Below, one piece after another: positions 63,438 through 64,000 of a stretch of DNA of 64,000 bases (its first letter is position 1; every line of letters begins with the position of its first letter). The translations under genes were made by a program, and so were the position numbers. This stretch comes from an uncultured Bacteroidota bacterium (GTDB taxonomy: Bacteria > CLD3 > SB21), in NCBI GenBank assembly GCA_964602985.1, contig CAZRTJ010000014.1:33356-97355 (forward strand), written 5' to 3'. The notes beneath the pieces were generated by a model. It was not told the origin of the DNA. It did no database searches and was given only the letters and a program-made list of their open reading frames with translations.

Positions 63438-63944
63438 CCCGAACTGCGCCGGCTAATCATGGAAGTGGAAAAAGCATGGAACGGCGTTCTGCCGCACAGG
63501 CCGTTTGAGTTCACATTCCTGGACGACGAATTGAATACGCAGTATGCCGCCGAACGGCGGGTCTCGACGTTGATGGGGACCTTTTCGGGTTTAGCGATCC
63601 TGATTGCATGTATCGGGCTATTTGCGCTTGCCGCGCACGCCATGGAAAAACGCACCAAGGAAATAGGAATTCGCAAAGTTCTGGGAGCTACCGCCTTTCA
63701 ACTTGTGGGCATGTTGAACCGGGATTTCGTGGTTAAGATAGTCATTGCGATGCTCGTGGCCTGGCCGGTGGGGTTCTATCTGGCGGATTATTGGCTGGAC
63801 GACTTTGCGTACCGGATAGAAATCTCAATCTACTACTTTCTGACCGCCGCATCAGTCTCGCTATTGGTATCCGTCGTTGTTGTTACATATCACGGGCTTA
63901 AGGCCGCGTTGGCAAATCCGGTTGATGCGATCCGAGCAGAGTAA
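63438..63944 (+). CDS. C-terminal FtsX domain of the same permease, in frame after the TAG at 63435-63437
   Basis: ...PFEFTFLDDELNTQYAAERR...MEKRTKEIGIRKVLGAT... is the conserved second FtsX domain. Same reading frame as 60795-63434. Confidence 0.6.
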   Translation, partial: PELRRLIMEVEKAWNGVLPHRPFEFTFLDDELNTQYAAERRVSTLMGTFSGLAILIACIGLFALAAHAMEKRTKEIGIRKVLGATAFQLVGMLNRDFVVKIVIAMLVAWPVGFYLADYWLDDFAYRIEISIYYFLTAASVSLLVSVVVVTYHGLKAALANPVDAIRAE

Positions 63945-64000
63945 AGGAGATAATGTCAATAGTTGTGGAAATTTTTTAAGCGGCTCTTCGCACCTTTAAT

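Overview
High-GC (about 58-60%) bacterial DNA. The giant protein at 1415-9502 ends in a type IX secretion (T9SS) C-terminal sorting domain, which points to the FCB group; Rhodothermota-like or a candidate phylum is a guess. No rRNA or tRNA genes and no CRISPR array were found.

Main content, in order along the window:
- 1-9502: a truncated ChaN/Tiki-like gene, a lipoprotein, and a 2695-aa T9SS-secreted beta-propeller / beta-helix giant protein.
- 9742-14746: a minus-strand cluster of five unrecognised genes (two cytoplasmic, three secreted/lipoprotein) plus a 23-codon hydrophobic micro-ORF.
- 17923-23941: a tightly coupled lysine-biosynthesis operon, lysC-dapB-dapA-dapD-lysA plus an AstE/AspA-family zinc hydrolase. 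Every junction is an overlapping GTGA/ATGA stop-start. A 580-bp higher-order tandem hairpin repeat sits upstream.
- 24650-39500: an accessory/defense island. It holds a HicB antitoxin with an amber-inactivated hicA, a BrnT/BrnA pair, an MDR oxidoreductase, a degenerate methyltransferase-like fragment, a GxxExxY (PD-(D/E)xK-like) protein, a gamma-class N6-adenine methyltransferase, two copies of a TnpA-only IS200/IS605 (RAYT-like) element, two Bro-N/DinD-like genes, a Fic-HTH protein, and an 854-aa GIY-YIG(T5orf172)-SF2 helicase protein.
- 39835-60255: housekeeping and accessory genes, including an orphan H-NOX (NO sensor) domain protein, a translationally coupled SPFH/band-7 plus NAD-kinase-like pair, a TMEM175-like channel, catalase-peroxidase KatG, and an MDR-oxidoreductase pseudogene paralog.
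- 60795-63944: a PAS-PAS-GAF-PAS sensor module fused in frame to the distal two-thirds of an FtsX/MacB-type ABC permease, further interrupted by an in-frame TAG.

The most unusual structure is at 30244-34240. The first 45-105 bp of the helicase-nuclease gene (encoding MSKPTIEEILAPKPEARPRIYAY...) occurs five times, four of them as dead stubs. Each copy starts a different module, and every module is translationally coupled to the one before it by an ATGA-type overlap.

A dispersed REP-like palindromic repeat family occurs at five loci. One copy, at 51186-51305, is flanked by a duplicated gene-start sequence.
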